A stretch of DNA of 64,000 bases from Bacillota bacterium. Lineage in GTDB: Bacteria > Bacillota_I > Bacilli_A > RF39 > UBA660. A program made the position numbers and the translations under genes. Location: the NCBI GenBank assembly GCA_015059375.1, contig SVAN01000004.1, positions 142 to 64,141 of the forward strand. The letters are read 5' to 3'. The notes under the pieces are model-generated. The model ran no database searches. It saw nothing but the letters and a program-made list of their open reading frames with translations, and was not told the origin of the DNA. This document shows, piece by piece, positions 52,667-64,000 of the stretch; positions within the stretch are counted from its first letter, which is position 1, and each line of letters opens with the position of its first letter.

Positions 52667-53299
52667 CTAATTACGTGTATAAAGAAGAAAGTCAGTTACA
52701 TCTTCTTCGTCAGGCGTAATTTCAAAAATAATTCTTTGGGTTTTGCTTGAATGTTTCCCAGATTTATCAGTAATTGTGTATTTAATCCAGTATTGGTCGA
52801 TTTTTTTTGCTTTATTTACTTCGTGATATACAATATGGGTAATTTTGTAATCATCTCGGTCATCCCAAACTTTTAAATGATCATAATTAATATCATCTAT
52901 ACTTACTACATGGTATTCTTCATTATCAAATTTAATAATTGGAATAGCCACATCGTTTGGATTGTTATTATCTTTCAAATAAGTTCCACTTGTGTTATTG
53001 GCAATCCAGCCAGTTGATCCATCTTTAAATTCTATTTGATACCAATAAAGGTTAGGGTCAGACAAATCATTTTTGATAACACCGTATACTTCACCTTTGT
53101 TAACTTTTGACATTGTTCGAGAATAACGATCTGCTTTCTCACGGACATTAATATACTCAGTAAGAATTTCAACGTGCCATCCTTTTTTTACTTCTTCAAT
53201 TCGTTTTTCTTCTTGTTTTTGGTCAATAACTTTTTTTATTCCGTATCCAATTCCTCCCAAAGCAACTAAAATTAAAAATAATGTGAAAGCTTTTTTCAT
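52667..53299 (-). CDS. membrane-anchored SH3b-domain protein
   Basis: 210 aa from ATG (complement of 53297-53299) behind GAGGTG. N-terminal TM. Bacterial SH3-like segment INVREKADRYSRTMSKVNKGEVYGVIKN...YWYQIEFKDGSTGWIAN. Confidence 0.7.
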   Translation of the reverse strand: MKKAFTLFLILVALGGIGYGIKKVIDQKQEEKRIEEVKKGWHVEILTEYINVREKADRYSRTMSKVNKGEVYGVIKNDLSDPNLYWYQIEFKDGSTGWIANNTSGTYLKDNNNPNDVAIPIIKFDNEEYHVVSIDDINYDHLKVWDDRDDYKITHIVYHEVNKAKKIDQYWIKYTITDKSGKHSSKTQRIIFEITPDEEDVTDFLLYTRN

Positions 53300-53423
53300 A
53301 TCTACACCTCTATGTAAAGATAACATATTTTTATCAATTATTCAATTGACCAAAGGATGTAAAAATTCTTTTGTTCATAATTTATCTTTGGTATAATACT
53401 ATCAAGAAATGTAGGTGTAAAAA

Positions 53424-55517
53424 ATGGATTACTTAGAAGGTTTAAATAAAGATCAATATCAGGCTGCAACGCACATAAATGGACCATGTTTAGTTATTGC
53501 CGGAGCAGGGTCTGGTAAGACAAAAGTGTTAACAACAAGAATTGCTAATTTAATTTCAAGTGGAATAAAGTCTAGTAATATTTTAGCAATTACTTTTACA
53601 AATAAAGCTGCTAATGAGATGCGCCAAAGAGTTGAGAATTTAATTGGAACTCACTATGCTTTTGTAGGGACTTTCCATTCGTTTGGATTAAGGATTATTA
53701 AAGAAAACTATGATATCTTAAATCTTTCTAAAAATTTTACAATAATTGATACGGAAGATGTTTCAAGCATTATCAAAAAAATCTTGAAAGATATGGCATT
53801 AGATCCTAAGGATTATTCTCCGGCATTTATTCGTAACAAAATTTCGTTTATCAAAAACAACATGTTATCTGATGCTGAGATTGAAAAATTTTTAACAATG
53901 CCAGCGGAGAAAGTCGCAGCAAAAGTCTATTGGGAATATGAAAAAATCTTAAAGCGGAATAATACAATTGATTTTGATGATTTATTAAAAAAGCCAGTTG
54001 AATTATTTACGCATCATAGTGATATTTTAGAACATTATCAAGAGAAATATCCGTATATTTTAATTGATGAGTATCAAGATACTAATGAAGTGCAATATAA
54101 AATGGTTAAACTCCTATCTAAAAAGTATCATAATTTGTTTGTGGTAGGAGATCCATCCCAATCGATTTATGCTTTTCGAGGAGCTAATTTTCAAAATATT
54201 TTAAATTTCGAAAAAGATTATGCGGATTGTAAAGTTATAAAGTTGCCACAAAATTACCGGAGTACACAAACAATATTAAGTGCTGCAAATGACGTTATTA
54301 AACATAACTCGCAAAGAAAAGATATTGATTTATTTAGTGAATTGGGCCAAGGTGTTAAAATTAAATATGTTCGTTCGTTTAATGATGAAGCAGAAGTTTC
54401 GCGAGTAGCAAGCGAAATTCAAGATTTAATTAATCATGGATATCAAAAAAAGGATATTGCAGTATTTTATAGAACAAATGCTCAATCACGTGGTATCGAA
54501 GATAAAATGGTTAAGGAAAATATCCCTTACAAAGTATATGGAAGTTATTATTTCTATAAAAGAAAAGAAATTAAAGATTTGCTTGCGTACTTAAAATTAA
54601 TTGCTAATCATGATGATGATATTTCTTTAAAAAGAGTAATTAATGAGCCCAAAAGAAAAATTGGTGAAAAAACAATTGAGAATCTAGAAAATTTAGCAAA
54701 CGTAAGTAATTGTTCCATATTTGACGTGATTGATTCTGGAAAGGAACTAGAATTTAAAAATTTAATATTAGAACTTACAAGGTTAAGTGAAGAGTTATCA
54801 TTAACTGAGTTGATTGATAAAATTTTAGAATTAACTAAGATTAAAGAACTTTATGAAAAAGAAAAGACATTAGAAAGTGATTTGAGAATTGAAAACTTAA
54901 TGGAATTTAAATCTGTTACTGAAAATTTTGAAAAAGTTACGGGTAGTGTCAATTTAAATGATTTTCTAGAAGAAGTAAGTTTAGTAGCGGATGCAGCTGA
55001 ATATACAAAAGATAGTGATGCAGTAACTTTGATGACAATTCATAGCGCTAAAGGTTTGGAGTTTAAAGTGGTTTTTATTATTGGCCTCGAGGAAAATATT
55101 TTGCCTCATTCAAATAGTATATATGAAGAGGGTGGCCTTGAAGAAGAACGACGATTGATGTATGTTGCTATCACGAGAGCTAAAGAAAGATTGTATTTGT
55201 TAAATGCACAAAAACGAATGCTTTATGGTAAACTAACAGCTAATATGCCGAGTCGTTTCATTTCGGAAATAAGTGAAAATCTTTTAGAAGAGGAAAAAGC
55301 TGAAAATAAATCATTACTTCGTCGAACATTGTTATATGATGAACCGTCTTCGGATACCGATGCAGTTGATTATAAAGCTGGCGATGTAGTAATGCATATA
55401 ACATTTGGTAGAGGGGTTGTAACTGGTGTAGATGATAAATTTATTACCATTGCGTTTAGTCATCGTTTTGGTGTTAAAAAGCTACTCAAAAATTATAAAG
55501 GGATAAGGAAGGTATAG
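53424..55517 (+). CDS. pcrA: ATP-dependent DNA helicase PcrA (UvrD family)
   Basis: 697 aa. GAGSGKT, DEYQDTN, QNYRST, TIHSAKGLEF, VAITRAKERL. Confidence 0.93.
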   Translation: MDYLEGLNKDQYQAATHINGPCLVIAGAGSGKTKVLTTRIANLISSGIKSSNILAITFTNKAANEMRQRVENLIGTHYAFVGTFHSFGLRIIKENYDILNLSKNFTIIDTEDVSSIIKKILKDMALDPKDYSPAFIRNKISFIKNNMLSDAEIEKFLTMPAEKVAAKVYWEYEKILKRNNTIDFDDLLKKPVELFTHHSDILEHYQEKYPYILIDEYQDTNEVQYKMVKLLSKKYHNLFVVGDPSQSIYAFRGANFQNILNFEKDYADCKVIKLPQNYRSTQTILSAANDVIKHNSQRKDIDLFSELGQGVKIKYVRSFNDEAEVSRVASEIQDLINHGYQKKDIAVFYRTNAQSRGIEDKMVKENIPYKVYGSYYFYKRKEIKDLLAYLKLIANHDDDISLKRVINEPKRKIGEKTIENLENLANVSNCSIFDVIDSGKELEFKNLILELTRLSEELSLTELIDKILELTKIKELYEKEKTLESDLRIENLMEFKSVTENFEKVTGSVNLNDFLEEVSLVADAAEYTKDSDAVTLMTIHSAKGLEFKVVFIIGLEENILPHSNSIYEEGGLEEERRLMYVAITRAKERLYLLNAQKRMLYGKLTANMPSRFISEISENLLEEEKAENKSLLRRTLLYDEPSSDTDAVDYKAGDVVMHITFGRGVVTGVDDKFITIAFSHRFGVKKLLKNYKGIRKV

Positions 55518-55518
55518 T

Positions 55519-58400
<2,882 letters not shown>

Positions 58401-58443
58401 ATAAATATTATGTAGTATAATGTTGGTGCTTAAGAGGTGAGTA

Positions 58444-58917
58444 ATGAAAAAATTGTGGAAGGAAAATAGAGTTTTATTTATCCTTTGGATAATTTTATTT
58501 ATTTGTTTTATGGCCATTGTATCGGTTGCTTTAACATTCTTTTATTCAAAAGATGTTAGTAGTTATGGTCCAAGACTGGAAGGAATTGAAAATCATCCAA
58601 TTACATCCGAAGATAAGAATACTTATAAAGAGACTATGTTAGAAAATGAAAATGTTACTAAAGTTTCATTTAATCTACAAAAAAGAGTTATATACATTCA
58701 TATTGATTTTGATGCAGAAATATCTGTTGAAGATGCCAAAGCTATTGTAAATAATTCAGTTAATTTATTTAGTGAAGATATTCTTTCATATTATGATTTT
58801 CAATTTGTCTTAGAAAGCGAAAATTTTACTATTATTGGCTCAAAAAATGCAATAGTAGATTACGTATCGTGGAATAATAATCGGGAAGTAGTAGAGGAAG
58901 AAACTGATGAAAAATAA
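58444..58917 (+). CDS. hypothetical membrane-anchored protein
   Basis: 157 aa. One N-terminal TM. Overlaps the start of the next gene (operon). Confidence 0.5.
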   Translation: MKKLWKENRVLFILWIILFICFMAIVSVALTFFYSKDVSSYGPRLEGIENHPITSEDKNTYKETMLENENVTKVSFNLQKRVIYIHIDFDAEISVEDAKAIVNNSVNLFSEDILSYYDFQFVLESENFTIIGSKNAIVDYVSWNNNREVVEEETDEK

Positions 58918-60922
58918 GAAGTACATAATAATAGGGGTTGTAATTCTATTATTAATCATAGCCGTAAGTGGTGGCGTTTATTTTTATTTAAATTCCAACC
59001 ATTTAACCATTTCTGAAAAGAATTGGATTGATTCTAATCGTTCAACATCACAAGTTATTAATATTAATGTAATTAATGATGCTTATGTTTTTGGTAATAC
59101 CGGAAGTGGTATTTTTTATGACTTTATTTCCGATTTTAAAGGACGTTATAATTTAAATATTAATGAAATTACTTTTAATTATGGCAGTGTAAATAACGGG
59201 GTTGTTTTTGGCGCGAAAACCAATCTTACTGAAAATGATGTTGTCTTTTTTACTGACCATTATGTTTTAATTGGTAAAGATTATGAAATTATTGGAGAAA
59301 TTGATGAGTTAGTAAATAAAAAAATTGCCGTTTTAAGTCGCGATTTATCTTATATTTCTAACTACATTAATAGTAGTAATATTAGTTTTAGAAGTTATGA
59401 TTCGGCTGATGATTTATTTACATCAATGTCTGATGAAAATGAATATGCTATTTTACCATTACATTTATATTTAGGAAACATTTTACAAAATAGCTATAAC
59501 ATTATATATCATTTTAGTGATATCAATATGTATTATACGATGACATTAACTGATGATACATTGAGTGGTATTTTAAATAAATATTATATCGATTGGCAAG
59601 AAGATTTTAGTGAATGTTACAGTGATAATTTATTTGATTTGATGGTAAGTAATCTTGGTATTACCGAAACAGAAATCGATGCAATGCAAAGTGTAACCTA
59701 TGAATATGGATATTTAAATAATTCACCTTATGAGGTTATATCTGGTGGTAACTATGGCGGTATCGCAGCAGTTTATTTGAGCGGATTTATGGATTTTGCA
59801 GATATTGAATTTAATTTTACAAAGTATCGAAATTTTAATAAATTTAATAAAGCTCTTAATAAAGGAAATGTTGATTTGTATTTTGGCTATTACAATATGA
59901 TTAATGATTTTTCTAAGACTTTAGGAGGAATTAATGTCGAATATTCAGTTATTGCTAATAGTAAAAATGATATTGTTATTAATTCTGTAAATTCTTTAGT
60001 TGGTAAAGAGGTTTATGTTGATAAAAATTCAATTTTATATACGTATTTAAAAAATATCAACGGAATCAATATTAATACATATGATAATACTAAAGAACTT
60101 TTAAAGCTAAATCGTAAAGATAAAATTATTTTTATTGATAGTAAAATTTTTGAGTATTATCAATCGCATGGATTAGAAAACTATACATTAAGATATCAAG
60201 CAGATATGAATTATGTTTATGGATTTAATGTAAAAAATAGTAGCGCGATGTATAAATTATTAAATAATTATATGTTAGTTACAGATCCTCATCGAGTATT
60301 AAATGAAGGAATATATAATCATAAACAAACCGTAAGTTCTGGTATGGTGCTTAGTTTATTAGCAAAATATTTCATTTATTTTTTAGTGGCTTTTGTGGTA
60401 ATTGCAATAATAGTTATTCATAAAACAAGAAAGATTACTATTGCTAAAAAAATAAAAAAAGATGATAAATTACGTTTTATTGACCAATTGACGCTATTAA
60501 AGAATCGTAATTATTTATCAGAGAATATTAAAGAATGGAGTAATAACACTATTTATCCTCAGGCTATATTAGTTATTGATTTAAATCATTTGCAACATAT
60601 TAATGATATTGAGGGTTATGATGAAGGAGATAAACAAATTAAAGCAGCTGCCAATGCATTAATGAAGACTCAATTAGATAATTCAGACATTATACGAACT
60701 GACGGAAATGAATTTGTGGTGTATATGGTTGGTTATTCTCAAAAACAAGTAACAAATTATATTCACAAGTTAAATAAAGAGTTTAAGAAATTACCTTATG
60801 ATTATGGTGCTGAATTTGGTTATTCCATGATCTTAGATGACATTAAAACAATCGAAGATGCACTTAATGAAGCTGTAAAAGCGCTAAAGAAGCAAAAGGA
60901 ATTAAATGAAAATAAAAACTAA
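58907..60922 (+). CDS. membrane sensor protein with large extracytoplasmic domain and degenerate GGDEF domain
   Basis: 671 aa. TM1 near the N-terminus, a ~440-aa extracytoplasmic region with solute-binding-protein-like repeats, TM2 (FIYFLVAFVVIAIIVI), then a GGDEF-fold domain (DQLTLLKNRNYL..., VIDLNHLQHINDIEGYDEGDKQIK) whose signature reads RTDGNEF. Confidence 0.75.
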   Translation: MKNKKYIIIGVVILLLIIAVSGGVYFYLNSNHLTISEKNWIDSNRSTSQVININVINDAYVFGNTGSGIFYDFISDFKGRYNLNINEITFNYGSVNNGVVFGAKTNLTENDVVFFTDHYVLIGKDYEIIGEIDELVNKKIAVLSRDLSYISNYINSSNISFRSYDSADDLFTSMSDENEYAILPLHLYLGNILQNSYNIIYHFSDINMYYTMTLTDDTLSGILNKYYIDWQEDFSECYSDNLFDLMVSNLGITETEIDAMQSVTYEYGYLNNSPYEVISGGNYGGIAAVYLSGFMDFADIEFNFTKYRNFNKFNKALNKGNVDLYFGYYNMINDFSKTLGGINVEYSVIANSKNDIVINSVNSLVGKEVYVDKNSILYTYLKNINGININTYDNTKELLKLNRKDKIIFIDSKIFEYYQSHGLENYTLRYQADMNYVYGFNVKNSSAMYKLLNNYMLVTDPHRVLNEGIYNHKQTVSSGMVLSLLAKYFIYFLVAFVVIAIIVIHKTRKITIAKKIKKDDKLRFIDQLTLLKNRNYLSENIKEWSNNTIYPQAILVIDLNHLQHINDIEGYDEGDKQIKAAANALMKTQLDNSDIIRTDGNEFVVYMVGYSQKQVTNYIHKLNKEFKKLPYDYGAEFGYSMILDDIKTIEDALNEAVKALKKQKELNENKN

Positions 60923-61751
60923 AGAATTTTTTCAAAGAATAAAGAAAGTAATTAATCGCCCAGACATGATATTATTGCCTGGGCAACTTGCTTTTTTTCT
61001 GGTTTTGGCAATCATTCCAACAATGACAGTAATTACATATGGAGCATCAATCTTAAATTTATCAATTGACTTTCTTTACGATTTTTTGGCTAAAGCTTTT
61101 TCTGTAGATATTGCTAATTTAATGCTTAGTACTTCTGATGCAACGAATATTGGTCTTAAGTTAACTGTAGTAATTGGAGTTAGTTATTATTTAGCTAGTA
61201 ATGGAGCTGCCTCAGTTATTGTAACTTCGAACACAATTTATGGAGTAAAAAATGGATCATGGTTGACTCGCAGATTTAAAGCTATCATCATGTCACTTAT
61301 TTTTGTATTGCTTTTAACTGTTTTGTTAATCGTGCCTGTCTTTGGCGAACAAATAATAGCACTTATTAAAAATGTTAATTTAAATACACAGATAACAAAT
61401 GTAATTGTTCAAATTTTTACACTTATAAAAGGACCAGTAATGTGGATATTCCTTTTTTTACTAATTAAAATTATTTATATATTAGCTCCAGATCGTAAAA
61501 TTATAGCTCATAATGCTAATTATGGGGCAATATTTACCACCATTGCATGGATATTAATGACAAGTTTGTATTCGTTTTATATTAATAATTTAGCGGACTA
61601 TTCTGCGTTTTATGGCGGACTTACAAGCGTTTGTGTACTAATGATGTGGTTTTATTTTTTAGCTTATTTCTTTGTAATTGGCATGAGTCTTAATTATCAA
61701 AAAGAAAACGATGAATTGGAAAAAACTGGCGTAATAAAAACAGTAGATTAA
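60906..61751 (+). CDS. YihY/BrkB (ribonuclease BN-like) family membrane protein
   Basis: 281 aa, 6 TM. N-terminal ...RPDMILLPGQLAFFLVLAIIP and overall layout are typical of the YihY family. Confidence 0.7.
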   Translation: MKIKTKEFFQRIKKVINRPDMILLPGQLAFFLVLAIIPTMTVITYGASILNLSIDFLYDFLAKAFSVDIANLMLSTSDATNIGLKLTVVIGVSYYLASNGAASVIVTSNTIYGVKNGSWLTRRFKAIIMSLIFVLLLTVLLIVPVFGEQIIALIKNVNLNTQITNVIVQIFTLIKGPVMWIFLFLLIKIIYILAPDRKIIAHNANYGAIFTTIAWILMTSLYSFYINNLADYSAFYGGLTSVCVLMMWFYFLAYFFVIGMSLNYQKENDELEKTGVIKTVD

Positions 61752-61854
61752 ACTATAATAGTAATGGCTATTACAGATATTACTTAAATAGCATAATCAT
61801 TTTTCAAATATCAATCTAGCATTTGGAGCTAACGATATTTGAAAGTAATATCTA

Positions 61855-61882
61855 AAAGAAAGGATTGTTCCTTTCTTTTTAA
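61855..61882 (+). terminator. rho-independent terminator
   Basis: AAAGAAAGGA (61855-61864) pairs with TCCTTTCTTT (61869-61878), then T-run. Confidence 0.8.
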
Positions 61883-61954
61883 TTATTAAGAAATATGCAA
61901 TTTTAGCTCAATAATTGGTTGGCAAAAAAAAACATTTATGATATATTAAAAATG

Positions 61955-62146
61955 TAATCAATGAGGAAAGAATGTATATTTTAGTATTTTTATAGAGAGT
62001 TCTTGCTTGGTGGAAAAGAACAAATGAATAAGTATAACTGCTACTTTCTAAGATTAATCGGTGAAAATCGTTAAAGTTTATAAAGTTAAATAAAGGATGG
62101 TACCGTGCGAGATGCACTCCTTGGTATTATTCTTTTTTATTTGGAA
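61955..62146 (+). ncRNA. T-box leader (Ala) upstream of the kinase-alaS operon
   Basis: AGAGAG bulge and GGTGGAA distal-loop elements (61994-62017). Specifier GCU followed by A at 62040-62043, just 5' of CTTTC which pairs with GAAAG (61966-61970). T-box core AAAGGATGGTACCGTGCG (62092-62109) with A1 AAGGA/TCCTT and a 7-nt bulge TGGTACC, then a T-run at 62132-62137. Confidence 0.85.
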
Positions 62147-62159
62147 AGAAAGGATAATT

Positions 62160-62684
62160 ATGAGAATATTTTTAGTTGCAGGAAAAGCTGGAAGTGGTAA
62201 AAATGAAGTTGCCAAATTAATTAAGGAGTTTTACATTTATAAGCATCAGCAAAGTGCAATAACTCACTATAGTAAATATATTAAAAACTTCGCTTTGGAA
62301 TTAACTGATTGGGATGGAACTGATGGCAATAAGCCTCGAAGTTTTATGCAAGAAATTGGTGATAAAATCCGTCAAAAAGATCCTAATTATTTTACTGGTA
62401 ATATGATTAGAGATATTGAAGTGTATTCTGATTATGTTCATAATTTGATTATATCAGACGTTAGAATGCCAAATGAAATTGAAGAAATAAAAGAAAACTA
62501 TGATGAAGTTTATGCAATTTATGTTGTAAATCAATTTGGTTCAAGTAAACTTTCGATTCAAGAACAATCGCATATTACAGAGACGGCTTTAGAAGGATAT
62601 GACGAATTTGATTATACAATTGCCAATGATTCTTTGGCAACGTTAAAAGAGAAAATATTTAAATATTTGGAGGGTTTAGAATAA
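62160..62684 (+). CDS. P-loop kinase, deoxynucleoside-monophosphate-kinase-like
   Basis: 174 aa from ATG 62160 (the upstream part of ORF 62097 is the T-box). Walker A VAGKAGSGKNEVAK. Overall pattern resembles phage/Mollicute-type dNMP kinases (family call from memory). Confidence 0.55.
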   Translation: MRIFLVAGKAGSGKNEVAKLIKEFYIYKHQQSAITHYSKYIKNFALELTDWDGTDGNKPRSFMQEIGDKIRQKDPNYFTGNMIRDIEVYSDYVHNLIISDVRMPNEIEEIKENYDEVYAIYVVNQFGSSKLSIQEQSHITETALEGYDEFDYTIANDSLATLKEKIFKYLEGLE

Positions 62685-64000
62685 ATGAAAAAAATTAGCG
62701 CAAATGAACTTAGAGAATTGTATCAATCTTTTTTTGAAAGTAAAGGACATAAACGAATTGCATCAGCTTCGTTAATTCCAGAAAATGATCCAACAGTTTT
62801 GTTTACAACAGCGGGCATGCATCCTTTAGTTCCTTATTTACTAGGTGAATCGCATCCAGCAGGAAAGCGATTAACTGATGTTCAAAAATGCATTAGAACG
62901 GGTGATATTGATGACGTTGGTGATAATTCCCATTTAACATTTTTTGAGATGTTAGGCAATTGGTCTTTGGGGGATTATTTTAAAAAAGAAGCAATTGCTA
63001 TGAGTTTTGAATTTTTAACTAGCGAAGAATACTTAGCAATTCCTAAAGAAAAATTATATTTTTCGTGTTTTGCTGGCGATGAAACAGCTCCGAAAGATGA
63101 AGAAAGTTATAATGCTTGGTTAGAAGCCGGCGTTGATCCGTCTCACATTTTCTTTTTACCTAAAGAAAACAACTTTTGGATTTTAGGAAGTGGTGTAGGT
63201 CCATGCGGGCCAGATACAGAAATGTTTTATGATACTGGAAAAGAAAAGTGTTGTGATGAATGTAACCCAGCTTGTAGTTGTGGTAAGTATCTTGAAATTT
63301 GGAATGACGTTTTTATGGAATTTTACAAAGGTGAAGATGGTAAGCTTACTAAGCTTGCTCATCATAATGTTGATACCGGAATGGGTTTAGAAAGAGTAAT
63401 CTGTGTCTTAAATGGTTTGGAATCTGTATATGAAAGCGAACTATTCGCAGGAACTAGGGCCAAACTAGAAGCGTTATCAGGAAAAAGATATGAAGATAAC
63501 AAAAAAAGCTTTAGAATCATTATGGACCATGTGAGGACAGCAACTTTTATTTTGGGCGATGATCATGGTATAGTACCTTCGAATGTTGGCGCCGGTTATG
63601 TCTTAAGAAGAATTTTAAGAAGAATGATTCGAGAGATGAAAAAATTAGAAATAACAGCATCTTTATGTGAACTGGCAAAAATTGTTATTAGTGATTATTC
63701 AAAAGTATATCCTGAACTTAAACGAAACGAAAATTTTATTTTAGACGAAATAGCTAAAGAGGAAAATAAATTTAGTAAAACTTTAAAAGATGGCGAAAGA
63801 CTATTTTATAAAACAATTAAACATTTAGAAGGTAAGGTTATTAGTGGAACTGATGCTTTTAAATTGTTTGACACATTTGGTTTTCCTTTGGAAATGACTT
63901 TAGAACTTGCTAAAGAAAATGATCTTTCAGTCGATGAAAAAGGCTTTTATGAAAAATTTAAAGAACATCAAGATAAATCAAGAACGTTAGATGCCGGGGT
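62685..64000 (+). CDS. alaS: alanine--tRNA ligase, N-terminal part (runs off the window)
   Basis: My translation from ATG 62685: MKKISANELRELYQSFFESKGHKRIASASLIPENDPTVLFTTAGMHPLVPYLLG...KCIRTGDIDDVGDNSHLTFFEMLGNWSLGDYFK. Open to the window end. Absent from the ORF track because it has no stop. Confidence 0.95.
   Translation, partial: MKKISANELRELYQSFFESKGHKRIASASLIPENDPTVLFTTAGMHPLVPYLLGESHPAGKRLTDVQKCIRTGDIDDVGDNSHLTFFEMLGNWSLGDYFKKEAIAMSFEFLTSEEYLAIPKEKLYFSCFAGDETAPKDEESYNAWLEAGVDPSHIFFLPKENNFWILGSGVGPCGPDTEMFYDTGKEKCCDECNPACSCGKYLEIWNDVFMEFYKGEDGKLTKLAHHNVDTGMGLERVICVLNGLESVYESELFAGTRAKLEALSGKRYEDNKKSFRIIMDHVRTATFILGDDHGIVPSNVGAGYVLRRILRRMIREMKKLEITASLCELAKIVISDYSKVYPELKRNENFILDEIAKEENKFSKTLKDGERLFYKTIKHLEGKVISGTDAFKLFDTFGFPLEMTLELAKENDLSVDEKGFYEKFKEHQDKSRTLDAG

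Noticed and set aside
61908-62159. Minus-strand ORF 61908-62117 and the N-terminal 21 codons of + ORF 62097-62684
   Set aside because: This interval is the Ala T-box leader, with its specifier, T-box core and U-tract. The kinase-like gene starts at ATG 62160 behind AAAGGA.

Overview
Low-GC chromosomal segment (roughly 30% GC by eye) from an endospore-forming Bacillota-type bacterium. It uses the standard genetic code, and almost every gene is on the + strand. I found no rRNA gene, tRNA gene or CRISPR array.

Most of the window is conserved housekeeping, in this order:
- sufB, an ssb paralog and an RNase J paralog
- dnaB(DnaD-type)-dnaI, then recA
- the L20-leader-controlled infC-rpmI-rplT operon
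- the division/sporulation block ftsA-ftsZ-spoIIGA-sigE-sigG
- rimP-nusA-ylxR-infB-rbfA-truB
- parE-parC, nfo, a class B PBP, rpmG (missed by the ORF track) and efp
- T-box-controlled tyrS, and a RodA/FtsW-family gene
- pcrA-(nucleotidyltransferase)-ligA
- a degenerate GGDEF membrane protein
- a T-box(Ala)-controlled P-loop kinase plus alaS, which runs off the window end

Sporulation markers are spoIIGA, sigE, sigG, a CotY/CotZ/ExsY-like Cys-rich protein with a sigma-K-type promoter, and a YlbD/YlbE-like pair.

The main non-core locus is 6159-10098. It holds five tandem paralogous secreted Thr/Ser/Asn-rich proteins.
- Their N-termini carry the TasA/camelysin-type (SipW-class) signal-peptide motif, h-region followed by (S/T)(F/Y)(A/S)Y(F/V).
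- Four of them share a position-conserved internal Cys and a Cys at or next to the C-terminus.
- The central gene has its own promoter and terminator, like a major subunit.
- No sipW-like peptidase is in the window.
- I read this as a candidate undescribed extracellular fibre or matrix system.

A second accessory spot is a 2.1-kb insert at 49320-51438. It is bracketed by a perfect 26-nt direct repeat and carries an intact secreted protein gene and a nonsense-interrupted gene. Next to it lie the CotY-like gene and an orphan IS3-type OrfA HTH fragment.

Other oddities:
- L20 with a C-terminal Rho_N/SAP-like extension
- RNase J with degenerate metal-binding motifs
- a half-length RimP
- an orphan type IV prepilin
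- a very compact tyrS T-box leader
- a small Gly/Pro/Tyr-rich ORF convergently overlapping the RodA-family gene
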